DNA of 64,000 nucleotides, from the NCBI GenBank assembly GCA_965202585.1, contig OZ241829.1, forward strand, positions 16,740,001 through 16,804,000, given 5' to 3'. The first letter of the stretch is position 1. Each line of letters opens with the position of its first letter. This document shows, piece by piece, positions 28,619-42,500 of this stretch. Under the pieces are notes generated by a model. It searched no databases and was not told where the DNA came from. It saw nothing but the letters and a program-made list of their open reading frames with translations. Source of the DNA: Thalia democratica. Taxonomy: Eukaryota. Position numbers and translations under genes: made by a program.

Positions 28619-30066
28619 AGCTTAAACTTAAAACTTTTAAGCAATTGAATTTCTACTTTTGCTTTATGAACATAATTAATCTTGGCAAAAAACACGGTTT
28701 TGAATGTTTTTAAGCAAAATTATTATGTTTTTTTAATTTTTAGGTTTACGAAAAAATTAAAGGTCTTTAATGTATCGTTAAAAAATTAATGTAGTTTCAA
28801 TAATGCAAGTTAAACAAAAAGTGCAAACATGTTTTAAATTCTTAAATAAAGTTGTTCATACTGTAAGGTTTTGGCAGCAAAAACCTTTATTGTGTTTTAA
28901 CTAAAACCAAAAACCAAAACATATAATATATTGTGTTATATATTAATTTATAATGGCTGTTGTTATTTTTCATTAGTAACTAAAGCTTAAATTTATTTTA
29001 ATTAATGTTTTATTATCTTTTTAATTTTTAAAATACATGACAACAGTAAACTCTAGACTGTAAATATGTTTGCCTAAACACTTTGTTTTATTTTACTACT
29101 AAACAATTATACTTTCGAAACTTAAATAAATTTTTAAATTATATCATTCTTTATATTTGTTAGTTTGTAAAAAATAAGTTTGACACTTTGAATCTTTATA
29201 ACATTAGTAAAAACAATATTTTAATAAACGATGTAAAATTCAGGCAAAACGTCATCTGTTACTTAACACATTTAAGTTACGATTAAACTTCTGTAAATTC
29301 TTAATACAACATGCTGCAAATATTATGAAGTGTTTTCTCTCTTAGTCTTAAATGTGCAATCAAGCGTTAAATTTCGCGGTTTTTCTTTTTACTATTTAAA
29401 TAATCATCTCTTTCAGTTATATTTTGAAGTTTGACTGAATGGCGCGTCTATTTAACGATTTTTTTAATGCGTTACGCTTTAAGATCTTAGTATTAAATAG
29501 TATGTATTAAGTTTAAGCTAAGTATTAAAAAAAAATCTTATTTCATGGTATTGTATTAGTCATTTTTTACGATTGGCATAATCTTTTTACAAATTGGTTG
29601 ATGTAGATTAACTTTATATAATGGTTCTTTACAATGGTGATTATCTTTAAAAATAACTGTTTTAACTCAAAAGTATAACGAACAATGCATAACTTTGACC
29701 TGAATTCTAAAGTAAATAAACTTTATAACTTTTAGATAAAAAACAGCAGTAATGGTATTTTGTTACTTATTTGAAAGTGGTAACAGCAAAAGCTTTAAAA
29801 TGGTATAACTGAAGTATTGGCCAAATTGTGCTTACTTATGTGAATACAGTAAAAAAATTAATTTGTTAAAAATAAAACGCTTAAACTTAGAATTTTTAAG
29901 CAATTAAAGTTCTAGATTTTCTAAATAAACATATTTTATCTTGGAAAAAACTACGGTTTTAATGTTTTTAAGCAAAGTTATTATGTTTTTAAACTTTTTG
30001 GTTTACGAAAAACTATATGCTTATAATGTAACGTTAAAAAATTAATTTAGTTTCAATAAAGCAAAT
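28619..30066. repeat. Diverged ~190-bp direct repeat pair (28619-28810 and 29878-30066)
   Basis: Colinear blocks gcttaaactta..ttttaagcaatt, atcttgg, acggtttt..aatgtttttaagcaaa.ttattatgttttt, ggtttacgaaaaa, cgttaaaaaattaat.tagtttcaata. Confidence 0.8.
29356..29374 (-). promoter_or_regulatory. Candidate Pax paired-domain (Pax6-type) binding site
   Basis: Minus strand AAATTTAACGCTTGATTGC(AC); identical 19-mer at 58780-58798 on the plus strand. One mismatch to the consensus ANNTTCACGCWTSANTKMNY. Confidence 0.45.
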
Positions 30067-31284
30067 TTATTTATAATGATTCAGAATTTTCAGTGAACAA
30101 GTTACTTTAGAATAAACTACACGCCTTTAGATACTTAAAAACATTTTTTTATTGATGATTGACCAAGTAGTAATTTTTACAGTTTTTTTATGACTATTTC
30201 AGTCTATCAATGTGATATAAGTAATTAAGATTAAGTTTAGTATTTGATTTTTTAATATTATATAACAAAAATTAATTATACCTGAAAAATATCCTTTAAG
30301 TATAAAAAATAAAAATAAAATGTTAATTTTTCGAATTTATTCAAAATGATGTTCTTAATCACGAACGATTTAAGACCTTTCAAATTTTCAAAATTTGTCA
30401 AAAAGAGAAGATTAATAGTAAAAAGAAAAACCGCGAAACTTAACGCTCTATCGCACATTGCAGTCACAGGGAAAAAAGCTTCATAACACATGTCAGCGTG
30501 TTGAACTGAGATTAACAATTTTACGGAAGTTAAATTTAAAGTTGTACTTTATTTTAGTCAGATATATGTCAGTTTTGTTTTAATTCAGTTTCCAAGTTTG
30601 CATGAATGTATTTTTTAAGTACTTATAAAAAAAAAGTTTACATGATGAAATTAAATAGCAGCTTGAAACTTAAATGAGCTTAGCTGTTCAAAATGTAGTT
30701 TACTTTTTTAGTTAAGTTTCAATTAGTTTGATAAACGCTTATATTGGCAGTAGTGAAACATACAAAGTTTAAAATTTAGTTTTTGTTTAATAGTTAGTTT
30801 AGTGGTTGCATTGAATAATACAAAAAGACCTATTTTACTATTAGACTTAAAACGCTTTTTTATAATTATATTATGCACTTTTTAAAGCCTAAACTATAGT
30901 TTTTTTTTTGGTGTAGTTCCTACACTTGATTTTATAGTGCAACAAATATTAAACAACTTTATGTTTTTTTCTAATTTTATTTTTATAAATGAGATTTAAG
31001 TACTAATTTAAACAGTATTACTATTTATATTACTTATCATATTTTATGTTTAAATATTCAACGAAAAAAACTAAACACACGCAATTAGTGAAAAAAAACT
31101 TAAATATTTCTTCTCACTAGGTTTCAAACTTTGAATGTTATGACTGTAAAGGTATTGATAAGCTATTGAAACAAAAAAGTTTGAATGCTTATAGTCATCA
31201 GCATTAACGACCTAAAACTCAGACAGTAAATAAACAATAAACTGAAATAACGCCAAGATTATGGTTTTAAATCTAAGAAAATCT

Positions 31285-31520
31285 ATGAAGCGTTTATTTT
31301 GCCAATTTAATAAACTATTTTGATGCCCAGTGATGTGTACCCATCTAAATAAACTTTGCAGACCTCAAAAACAAAAAAAAAGATTGGAAAAATTCAAGAT
31401 TACTCAAAAGCCTAGAAATGTAAAGAAGCTCTTTTCATAACCACTTATAATTATACGATAATTCAGTCATGTGCTAAAGTTGAATATGATGTTTGTTTTG
31501 GAAGCTTTCTGCTTAATTAA
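31285..31520. repeat. Diverged ~240-bp repeat shared with 55430-55670
   Basis: Core aattatacgataatt(c/t)agtcatgtgctaaag (31449-31479 vs 55602-55632, 30/31) plus colinear flanks. Confidence 0.7.
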
Positions 31521-33037
31521 AAAATTTTAACTTTTTCTGAGAAAAACGATTAAATCTGATTTTAAGCAAAAGCGAGTTTTAGTGTACAAAAGTTTAAATC
31601 CTTTTTTATGAGGAATAAGTATAGTAACTGAAATTAAATATAATATGCATAATACCTTTAAATTCCTAAAATATGCTTCAAGTTTAGAACTTTTGACAAT
31701 ATTTCTATTTCTAGATTTATGAAAATATTATTAGTAACTTTGAATTAAGTAATATAAGTTTTTGTCATTTTGATTTTAAAAGACTAACAACTAACAGTAT
31801 ATTATTAACTTTTTTGTTTACAGTCTTCTAAAATAATTGTAGTTTTTTTGTAAGAAAGGTTGAGATGTGTATATATGTAGGTCATAAAAATAAATAGTAT
31901 AAAGACATTACTAAGTACAAATACTACTATTTAAACAGTTTTACTTGCACAGTTAAAAAAAGTTGACTTGCATTTAAATCCCACAAAAATTGTTACTGCA
32001 ATGAAGAACTTGTTTACGTTAAGCCGTTTTTTTATTATACAACATTAAGCTGTTTTACAAATTTAACATAAAATTAGCTTTAAAATAAATATCAATATAT
32101 TAAAACATTTAACATAAGTAAAAGTTGTAGAACTATAAACTTAGTAATGTGTTTATATATGCTTTATATATGGCTTGGTTCGATTTACTGAGATGTGTAA
32201 AAAACTGTATTAAACACAATTTTTATTTAAATTATTTCCAAACTTTGTTTAATTTATTTCAAAATTTTGTATCTGTTGATGAAAATATAACACCATTTTA
32301 ACAAACCAGTCTACAAAGCTAATTACATGCATGGTATAGTATTTTATACTTTTAAAAGGCATATAATTCAATTGTGGCTAGAGCTACCTTTAAAACTACA
32401 GTATTCTGAATTACATTAATTTTCAAACATTTTGAAAACTTTACTTCAAAATTTAGTTTATAACGCTTTCGTTATAAACACTTATAAAGTCTTTTTTATG
32501 TAAAACGTTGAAAAATATAAACTTAGAGGTTTAGTTTTATTTTACATTACGGGTTATCACTGATATACTATAAAGTAGCTCTGTTTTATTTTATAACAAC
32601 ATATATTAAATGTATGTTTAAGTTGCTTGTGTTAAGTATGTCCAATTAATCAAACAAGTTGTTTTCCGTTAAACTTATATTTGAACGCTCATTTTATTTT
32701 ACTGCACCTTTGTTAAATATATAAACGGTTTACTGTACAAATATTTTTAAAGAAAATTGATACAATGAACTTATGATTCACAGAAAATTACAAATATCTA
32801 ACTTAATTTATCAAATTTTTCTTTTAACCATATATAGGTATTACAAAAGTTTTAATAAAAACTGACACCTAAATTGTTGTATGAATTGTACAAATGGTAT
32901 GTATATGATAGATATAGTTTAGCTGACTAAACATTTTCGATTTAACTTTTGTAATTTTGTAGTTATATACTCCTCAAATGGCTTAAAACGTGCATTGCTA
33001 AGGTTTCATTTTTAACTTTATAAATGAAACTTAAATT

Positions 33038-33128
33038 GGTCACACGGCAAATAATTACAGGAGAAGTAATTTACAACCGAAAAAACGGAACATTTTATTA
33101 AAACTGTCAAAATTTGACGACCGTTTAA
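33038..33128. repeat. Short dispersed repeat, inverted copy at 50585-50677
   Basis: ggtcacacggcaaataattacaggagaa...aaactgtcaaaatttgac matches the reverse complement of gtcaaattttgacagttt...ttctcctgtaattattggtcgtgtgac. Confidence 0.65.
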
Positions 33129-33555
33129 TAGAAACTAACAATACTCAATGTTTTGTGTACTAATATAAAGTGCACTTCAATTGAGAGGTTTTAACAACAT
33201 TTTTACGACAATAAATTGCTATGTAATTATGTTTGTTTACTTTTATTTACATAGTATTTTATTTTCTTATTTTAACCAAATTTTATGTAAACAATTGTTG
33301 TTTGCAATAAGTAAGCTTTTTTTTTCTTGTTTGTTAAATTTTGTCAGTAGTTGAACGAAACGTTTATTATTTGTAAATAACGCAATTGAGTCTTAAAAAG
33401 GGTGCTAATAAAGTTTTTAATAGTTATAAAAATAAAAATCAATTCAACAGCACACAAGATTATTTAATGTCTATTAAAGTTTTTTTTGATTAGATAAAAA
33501 GCTTTATTAATAATAATAAAATATTTATAACTACCACTTTTTATTTCAGACATAA

Positions 33556-36500
33556 ATGCTTTTATTAAAACTCTTTAAAATCAACCATGTTAGAAATGGA
33601 AATGTAACTAACAAGAAAAATCAAAATGTACAAAATATTTTGACATTTATTATTTTATTTCTATTTATACTATCAACAAAGTCTTCTTTTATACAAGAAG
33701 AAGTCCCAATAAGCAACACAGATGCTATAAGTTAGTTTAATTATTGATACATACAATTAATAACTTATACATTGATCTTAGTGTTGATCACATTTAAAAA
33801 ATTAACTAATACAAAGTTCATTTACGTACACACATTGAGTTTAAATAAATCTTTTTAACACTTTAGTGAGTCTACAAGTATTTTTTAAAGTAATTTACAT
33901 CTTTAACGTTTTAACAAAAATGAAGTTGACCAAATATTAAAATTGAATCGTAGCTATTTCAAAACTTTCCTAAACATTTGTCGAAGTAAATTAGATCTTG
34001 CTAAGTTAAATTTAAATCGTAACATATACAACATATATACTGTAAGTGAAACCATAACTTTATTAACAACAACAAAGCAAACATGTAGATTTGTTTACTA
34101 AAAACATTAAGTTCCAATCAGTAATTATAAATTGTAAGGTATTAAGCAAATAAAATTTTATTTACCGACAAATAAAAATTTTCTCTATAGTAAACACAAC
34201 CTCAAATACGATAACAACTTGTTACAAGTATTAAAAGAATTTTGTTTTTCGTGTTACATAATTTTTTTTACATTTTGAATGTTAGTTTCTACTTAAAAGT
34301 GAAATAACGTTCATGGTAGCTTTAATTGTAAACTATTTAATGTTTAGAGCTTAAAGTATTTTTATTTTTAGATAAATACCAGTCTTTTCGACTAATATAG
34401 ATTACTTTGGTTTGACTGTTTATTTAAGTCTATTGTGAAAAATAAATAAAAACATATGATAAAAGCTAACAATAGCATATAATAATGATAGTCACTTGAC
34501 ATAAATTAGGTTATTGTTATTTCTAAAATCTTTAAGGTAGAAATAGCACGTGTTTTATTTTCGTAAACTTAAAAATAAATTAATAATTCAGACGTATTTT
34601 AAATTTTACCACAAAAAATTATTTGTCTATTGTCTAGCTTAAACAAATATTATACAGAGCAAAACTGTATAGATATTAAATTTAATTCGTCTGGTATTTT
34701 TTAACAATAAAATAATACTTACTTAATACTTTATTGGTAATTGATAATATTAAAACTAAAAGAAAAAAATTTACCTAAGTACCAATATAGATTTTATTAA
34801 GTTTTTAAAGAAAGTTTTAAACAGATTCAGAGAAATACTCAGTGTTTATTGGAGGTGATTCGAAAAACCCAGCATCTCATCAGTTGTATGATTTACACGG
34901 ATTAAAACAAATAAACAATCATTTCTACGTTCATGCTAGGTAAAATGTGTTTTTTACTGTTACGGATTCGAACAATATTGTTATATAAAAAAATTAAGTA
35001 GTTAAAAAAATATCTCTATAAAAGTTAAACGAAACTTAAAATTTGCAAGAAAATATTTTGACAACCCTAAGTTATAGAAATTCAAGTAAAGTTTATCACA
35101 ATTAATTCATGTAGTTTCAAAAAAGCAATAACTTTAGAATTTATGTAAATACTTTTTAAAGTTTTTTGTGTATTTTTATTTTGTAAAAAGCTACTTTCAA
35201 CTAGCCTAATAAAAAGCTTATTCTCAATTTTGCTGTAGAGTTTTATTATTAATTAAACAAAACACAGATTATTTTGAACACTGTCTTCGTAAATTTTGAC
35301 AGTATGTCTCGTAAAATGTGATTGACTTTGAAGTTTTTTACTTAAGAAGTACTTATTTCTTCTACATTATTTCAAAAGAAGTTTATTAATCAATTTAATT
35401 AACAAACAGAAACAAAATATTTTTGCTGGACGTACCTAACTCTGTTGTTGGTAGAAATAGCAAAAGAAACATTCTCCAGAAACTAGTAAGCAGTTTTAAA
35501 CTCTTTATAATACCTTTTGGCTGTGATGCTTTAAAAAAGATTTAGAACTCTATTACCATTCAAAGTAAAAACAACATTCAAGTATTTTCGTTCAAAAAAA
35601 TTAAAAAAAAAAGCTTATTCGATAAAAATACTTAAAATTAAATTTAAATTAGAGTAAAAAACTTTACAGAAAGCGCTAAAAGTAAGCTTAAACAAATTTT
35701 AAATTTTGTGTTTTTTATTACTTATCAGTAAACTTTAAATTTAAACAGACAATTAGTTGGGAAAGTGATGAAAAATCATACAAAAAATGTTTGTCAAAGC
35801 ACGAAAAGTTAATAAGAAACGGTTTTATAGTTGAAAGTGATTGTCGGATCCACGTCACAAGTTTCGTCCAATTACGCGACGAAGAAAACAACAAACCGAC
35901 CAATGAGGTGCTCGTATGCGCTTCAAATTCCGCTAAACCAATCATGAGGACATATAAGGTTTTGAATCGGTTGTGTAATTTGTAATTATTTTGAGGTTTG
36001 ATCTATTAAGTTGTTTTATTTATTACTATGGTTTTAGTACACGTAGTATAACATTAAGTTCTGCTAAACCAACAATAGGGACTTATAACGCATTTATTGG
36101 TTGTAAATAGGTAAAGGTCTGGATTTTTAGAAGAACTGAATAATTTAAATTTATTTGTTTTTATGACTGCTTTTACCAACTAAATTGAAACTCGAAGAAC
36201 TTTGTGTTATAAGCTAATTTTTAAGGTTCAAAGGATTTCTAAAACTTCTGATTAGTTAAATAGTTTATAAATAGTTTAAGGTTCTTAAACGTTGAATCCC
36301 TAAAATGTTTTGTAAACATTATGTTTAACACGAATTATAATGTTTAGTACAGCTAAACATTAAAATTAAATGGTAGCTACTAACTATGTTTTGTGCTTAA
36401 TAGTAGTAACAGTTTAAACTAACTAAATTTAAAAGTTTTAACATTTGTAACTGGCCGGATCATAATTTTTTTAAATGGGCACGGTTCGATTGATAATTTG

Positions 36501-39500
36501 TTTAAACATTGCTAAGAAATTAAACAAAAACAACAAGTAAACTTTTTGCATTATTTTTTAGAAAGAACATTATTTTTTGGATTTAAAGTAAATATTAATT
36601 AAAACTTCATTCTTAACTAAAGGTTAATGAAGATGGTAGTTTAGAAGAATATGTTGATAAAACAATCAAAATATTCAATGAAAGAAGAATTAAGCTTTGT
36701 TCAACTTTACCAAATTACAAAACTGTTTCATTGTCTTCATGTAAGTTGATCTTGTACATAAATTTGTTAGAAACACTATAGTATAACATGTTTTCACAGA
36801 TGGAGCTATTTACAACGGGTTTACTCACGACAATCCAACATCTCAGTTGTTCAAACTCGTTACACATGATCCTGATAAAAATCTAAAAACTTTTGCGAAA
36901 GATCCAGCATATGACTTTATTAGAAGTTCGTTAATTTATTATTTTATTATGAATTTAAAAGTTAATTTAACAGTTACTTTATAACTTAAACTGTTCAATT
37001 AGACTAAACATTGCAAGCAAAAAAAAGGATAGGTAAATATATTTTTCTCTCGAAACATAAAGGTTTGTTCCTTAACAGATCCGGCAGAGTTTGTGCGGAT
37101 AATTGAAGGTACAAAAGAAAGCGGTAAAATATTTACTTTCTTCAATGAGCCAGCTGTAGAGTCTAGAGATAACGTTAGTATCAAATTCACAACTTGTGCC
37201 TATTGTTTACTGAATAACTTGTTATTAAAATGATTAAATAAGAAGTTGTACAATGTATTTGTAGATTACTACAACTTTGCTTAACAGGGCTACATGGCAA
37301 CAGTGTCACAAGTTTGTAAGAATGATGTTTACAAAGACGTAGGAGCAAGCAATCGCTTTCAGTTTGTTTTCAGCTCATTCGTGAAAACTCGCATCAATTG
37401 TTCAATTCAATCTTCTCTTTATCTTGATCGAGTTATTTCTATAAGTGACGTCATAAAAATGAAAACATCATCTGGAAGAAGTCATGACGTAGTATTTGCC
37501 ACAATGAAGAGCTCAAGGTAGAAAAATTCATTTCTTCAAATATTACATGTGTATTAACTTAAAAAAAGATAAAAATATGAAACTATCGTATAATAATGAT
37601 CAAGCTTTTTCGAACGAAACAGCTTGATATAGTAATTTTTATTCATCTTAAGAAAAATCTTATTACTTGTTTATTTTTACACCCAAAAAGTCTAATTCAA
37701 AACAAAGCATGCTTAAATCAATTTACAACTAAACTAAAGTAACAGTTGTTCTAATATTCAAACTACTTTAATTTTTTACAGCGCTTTCATAAACGCATCA
37801 GCAGTATGTATATTTAGATTAGATGATATAAATAATGCACTTGAAAGTCCATTGATGGAAGAAGTTGATGGATATGTTTATCCAATCAAAAATAACCCAT
37901 ATCCTAAATCGAGGTCAGTAAATTTATCATAAAACTAAAACTTATCTACTGTTAAAAACATTTACATTAAATCGAGGTGTTTATTGTCTGAAGTATATTC
38001 TCCAAATGTGTATCAAGATATTATTTTAATCTAGAAATATCTTAAAAACGTTCTTATATATTTTTTGATTACATAAAAATAGGAACAAATTTCTGTCTAA
38101 AATAAAGTTTTGATAAACAAGCAAATATAAGCTAAATTAAAGAAGCGTGTTTTATGATTTTTAAAATAAAGATATTAAATATTTGCAGATGCGACTTTAA
38201 TGTAAGCAAGAATGGACATAGAACTTTAAATGCAAAATCTGAGGAATTTGTAAAAACTCATTTCATGGCGAGAGATAGAGTTCAACCTTGGAACTTTTAC
38301 AATGGACCAGTTTTGAGCACTCAAAAGTTAATTGAACTTAATTTACAGTTATGAAAGTTTTAAGTAGAACTTATAGTTACTACAAAAAAAAAAACTAACT
38401 TTTTTTGAGACTTAACTAAACTTTAGTTTGTTTCTGCTAAACTTAGTTTACTTTAATTACCAGATAAAAATTTAGATACAAGCTTGTCACGATTATAGTA
38501 CAAGCCTTGTTGTGATAGTTTGTTAAATTTTAAATTATTTTGGTATTAAAGCTTCTGTGGTTATTTGGCATTTATAAATTTTTTGTTTATAACTTTGACA
38601 TCTTTCCTAAAAATCAGAAAAAGTATAATATTATTGAAAGTTTAGAAAAATTAATTCTAAAACATTGTTTTAGAATTGCAAAATTCTAATCCTCATAGAA
38701 CTTAAGTTTTGTGATAATTTTAAGCGGTTCGTTGTTCACGCAATATTTAACCTTAAATATTTTACTGTCGTCATAAGAAGATTAATTTCTTCGTCTCAGA
38801 CGACTTTTCGTTCAGCTTACAGAAGTTTTTTGTCACCAATTAATTTAAGGTGGTAATAAGTAAGTAACTGTTTTAGTTTATTTGTATTGTAGTTGTCCGC
38901 TTGGTTCGATAAATATTTTGATTATACTTTTAATTAGTTAACTAAAATACATTTTTGTCTATAAAAAACCAAGTTTTTTATCAACAAATTCTACAACTAA
39001 AAAAACGAATTACAATCGAGTTGTTTTACATATTGTACCTACGTAATGATTGTAGTTGTTGAAGTCGAATACAAAAGTTGTTTGTTGCATGAAAAGTTAA
39101 CTATGTTTCACAACCAAAAGGCTTCTTCTTTTGGTTATGACTTACTGATGAGTCCTAATAAGGATGAAACCGGTCTCAGTCTACCGAAACCTGTGGTCTG
39201 ATGATCGAATTGGTATGATCAACTCTTTTATTAAACTTGAGCTTGTCTCACGGCAAAAGAAAGTCCAGACTTCGGCTCTCTAGACTCTTTTAAATATGTT
39301 TATGTTGGATAAAAAGTATTTATTTTCTTAACACAAATATTCTCAATACTTTTACAATAAGCTAAAGATGAGCTTTTCCTTTACTTTAAGTTGTTGGTTT
39401 TCTATCTTATGATTAGAATATCTTTTTACACGCCTGAAATTAGTTGCAAGTTTAAAAAGTAACTATATTTAAGTACGATACTGTGTTTTTAGCTTGTTCG

Positions 39501-42500
39501 TGATTAATATTTTATTGAAAAATGTTTTGTAAACATATTTGTACATGAAATTTTTTTTAGTGCCTTTCACTAACTTGTTATTTAACACAATAACAATAGA
39601 AGGTTCTAATGCTTTAATATATTTCCAAAATAGTATTTGAGCTTTTATGTAGAAGTAATTATAGAAGTTTTGAATAACTCAGCATAGGATAAATTAAATT
39701 ACTTTTTAATCTTGAATTGAACTTTTAATTAACCGAATTTACTTTTCTTAAAAGCATGTGAAACAAAAATACCATACTTTTTATTAGATTTTATCACAAA
39801 GAACATAGGCATGACAACAGAAAGCGATCGCGAAAATTCAAATTCAGCAAAGTATAAAATGACTTTTGTACGGATAAAAAGATATAAAAATAGTAATTAA
39901 CAAAACTCATTTTTTGTTTGAGTATTGAGATTCAAATAAAAAAAATAGTTAGTTAAATTTAAACTTAACGTTATTATTAGTTAAGTAAACAAGCACTTAA
40001 AATATAATAACTTTTTTCTAAATTAAACTGTTTTTAATTTAATGCTACAAAAAATTTTTGTTTTTAAACAACATTTGGAAAACAAAATGTTTAAAAATAA
40101 AAACGAAAGCAAATACTTAAAATATATTGTAACTGAAAACTAAACGTGGTGCTCCTTTTGTACGCAGTTTAAGGTTGTGATATTGAAAACTTCAAAGCAG
40201 TGTTTATTTTGCAAACAAACATTAAAAGATTCAAAAAATAAAACTTGCTTTGTTGTTGATATGCTTGATTAAACAATGCACCTGTTCATTTAAATATAGA
40301 ATTTTCGTTTTTTGTGATGTATATTTATCTGTGAAATCAGAACTTAATAAATGAAGTTCTTCTAATAAACTTAACTTGTTCGATCAAGATAGGCTTTAAT
40401 AACAATTACATTGTAAATCTATAGAGAAAGCTTTCATGTGTTTGCGAACAAACATTAGAATGTTTAAAAGATAAAATTTGTTATGTTGTTGATATGCTAG
40501 ATTTATCAGCTCACCTATTTATTAAAGTATAAAATTTTAGTTTTTTTGATGCTTTATTTATCATTGAAAATCATGTTTGAAAATAATGTTCTGGTAATAA
40601 AACTATCTTATTCAATCGAGATAGGTTTTAACATCATCAAAGTTGTGAACTCTTTTGAAATAGTTTTCATAAATTGTTAATAACATTGGTTTTTATGTAA
40701 TGATAATAGTTCATTTAAGTTTGTTCTAAAACCATTATAAACTAACGACCGCTGAAAATAAAAACATTAAGTAATAACTAAAATTTTTTACCATTGTTTT
40801 TATGTTAAAAATTGAAAAGTTAAATAAAATTACAAGCAAAGATATTTATCAAACTTTAAAAATAAATTAATAGTAGTAATTTATTTTCACTTAAAACATG
40901 GTTCTGTTTTTATTAAATGAAATTTTGTATTAAACTTATTTAGCCTGATGTGAAGCGTTGCTAAAGTTTTTACCCATATATAACTTTACAAATAATTTAA
41001 GCACAGAAATTCAAACTAACATTACGTTAGAAATTAAGTAAAGTAGTTAATATTTACCGTTGTGAAAAAAATTACAAATCTTTTTGACTTATGTTACACT
41101 TTTTTGTTAAATTATTTAAGTTAAAGTTAAATCAATAAGCAAAACTGTTGCTTTTATTATAGAGATAAAGTAGTCGTTCTGTTAATAACCTTGAAACTGT
41201 AGAAGATATTAAGAGATAACTTTGTGTTTTAAATAAAGTTTAATAAAACGTTTATTAATTAAAATCACGTAACAAATTTACTAATACTTAGTTTTTTTTA
41301 CACATAACCTGTAAAAATTTTAATGAAGAAATTTTACAGAGATGAGTATACATCAATCTTGATAGATACAATAGAGGAAAACGAAGTTTCTATGTCATCT
41401 GAAAAACTTCATTATACAGTTATGTGGCTAGGAACTAAAAACGGATTTGTTATTAAAACTTTGTTTTTAAGTGCAACTGATGAAAAAGTTGTTTTGGAAA
41501 AAAGAAAAGTGTTTGATCCTAATGTATGCGATAGTAAAAAGTGAGTAAATATGATATCTGTTATAGATTAAAATTGTAAAAAAAATATTAATGTTTTTTT
41601 TAATCTTTTTATCTTATTTGCGTTTAAGTCAATAAAATGTTTTAAATGAAAAAAAAAAGTATTTTTATTGATTATAACGATATACTACAAACAAAATGAT
41701 TTATTTAATACAGTAACCTCTCGCTTATTTACGCACATTGTGTCCACAGAAAAAGTCCGTAAAGATATGAGAGATCGTAAAGATACGAGAGGTACTAAAT
41801 ATAGTTACTATAATGACTGTTTTTTTGGTATTGCTTTTAGTTAAAAGCAGACTTGAGACTTTCCTATTCTTAACAATTTGTTTACTTTGTTTATAAATGT
41901 GAAAACAAAAGATAAATCTATACATATATTAATAAAAAAAAGAATTTGGATTTATTTAAAGTAATAATACTTGTAGAAAAGTTTTACTAAGTTTTATTTT
42001 AAGTAGATTTTATCTTCATCTTTATTTAAATGTGACTTATTAGATACTTAACATTTATATTCTTGTCTACTTAGCAACTTCAATCTATAATTAAGCATTT
42101 GTTTACAATTAAGAAATGGTGTGGTGTCTATATCAAAATTTGTGTCGCTTTAAAAATATATAGGGCAAGAGTGCTGTATTATTTATTTGTGTTTTAAACT
42201 CTCATTGTTTCATTGTACTTTCATTATTTAACACAGTCATACTTCTTTAAGAATTTTAATTTTATTTCTTATTGTTTATATAATTTCTGATACACTGAGA
42301 TATAAACAAATGTTTAGTAATTAGTCAAGTAACATAAATTTACGAAGTCTAAGGGTATAGAGAGGTGAAATAGCGTTTAAAAACATGTTTTTAAAATAAA
42401 AACATACAATTAACCTAATTTGTGCAATAATTAAAATAACTTAAATTTTTACTTTTTGAATTTTTTAGAATTCAAAAATGCGTAACTAAACGAGAGTGCG

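Noticed and set aside
39186-39225. Second GAAACCTGTGGTC / CTGATGA motif right after the intronic hammerhead
   Set aside because: The elements overlap and are in an order that gives no stem II closed by GAAA; not a complete hammerhead as read.
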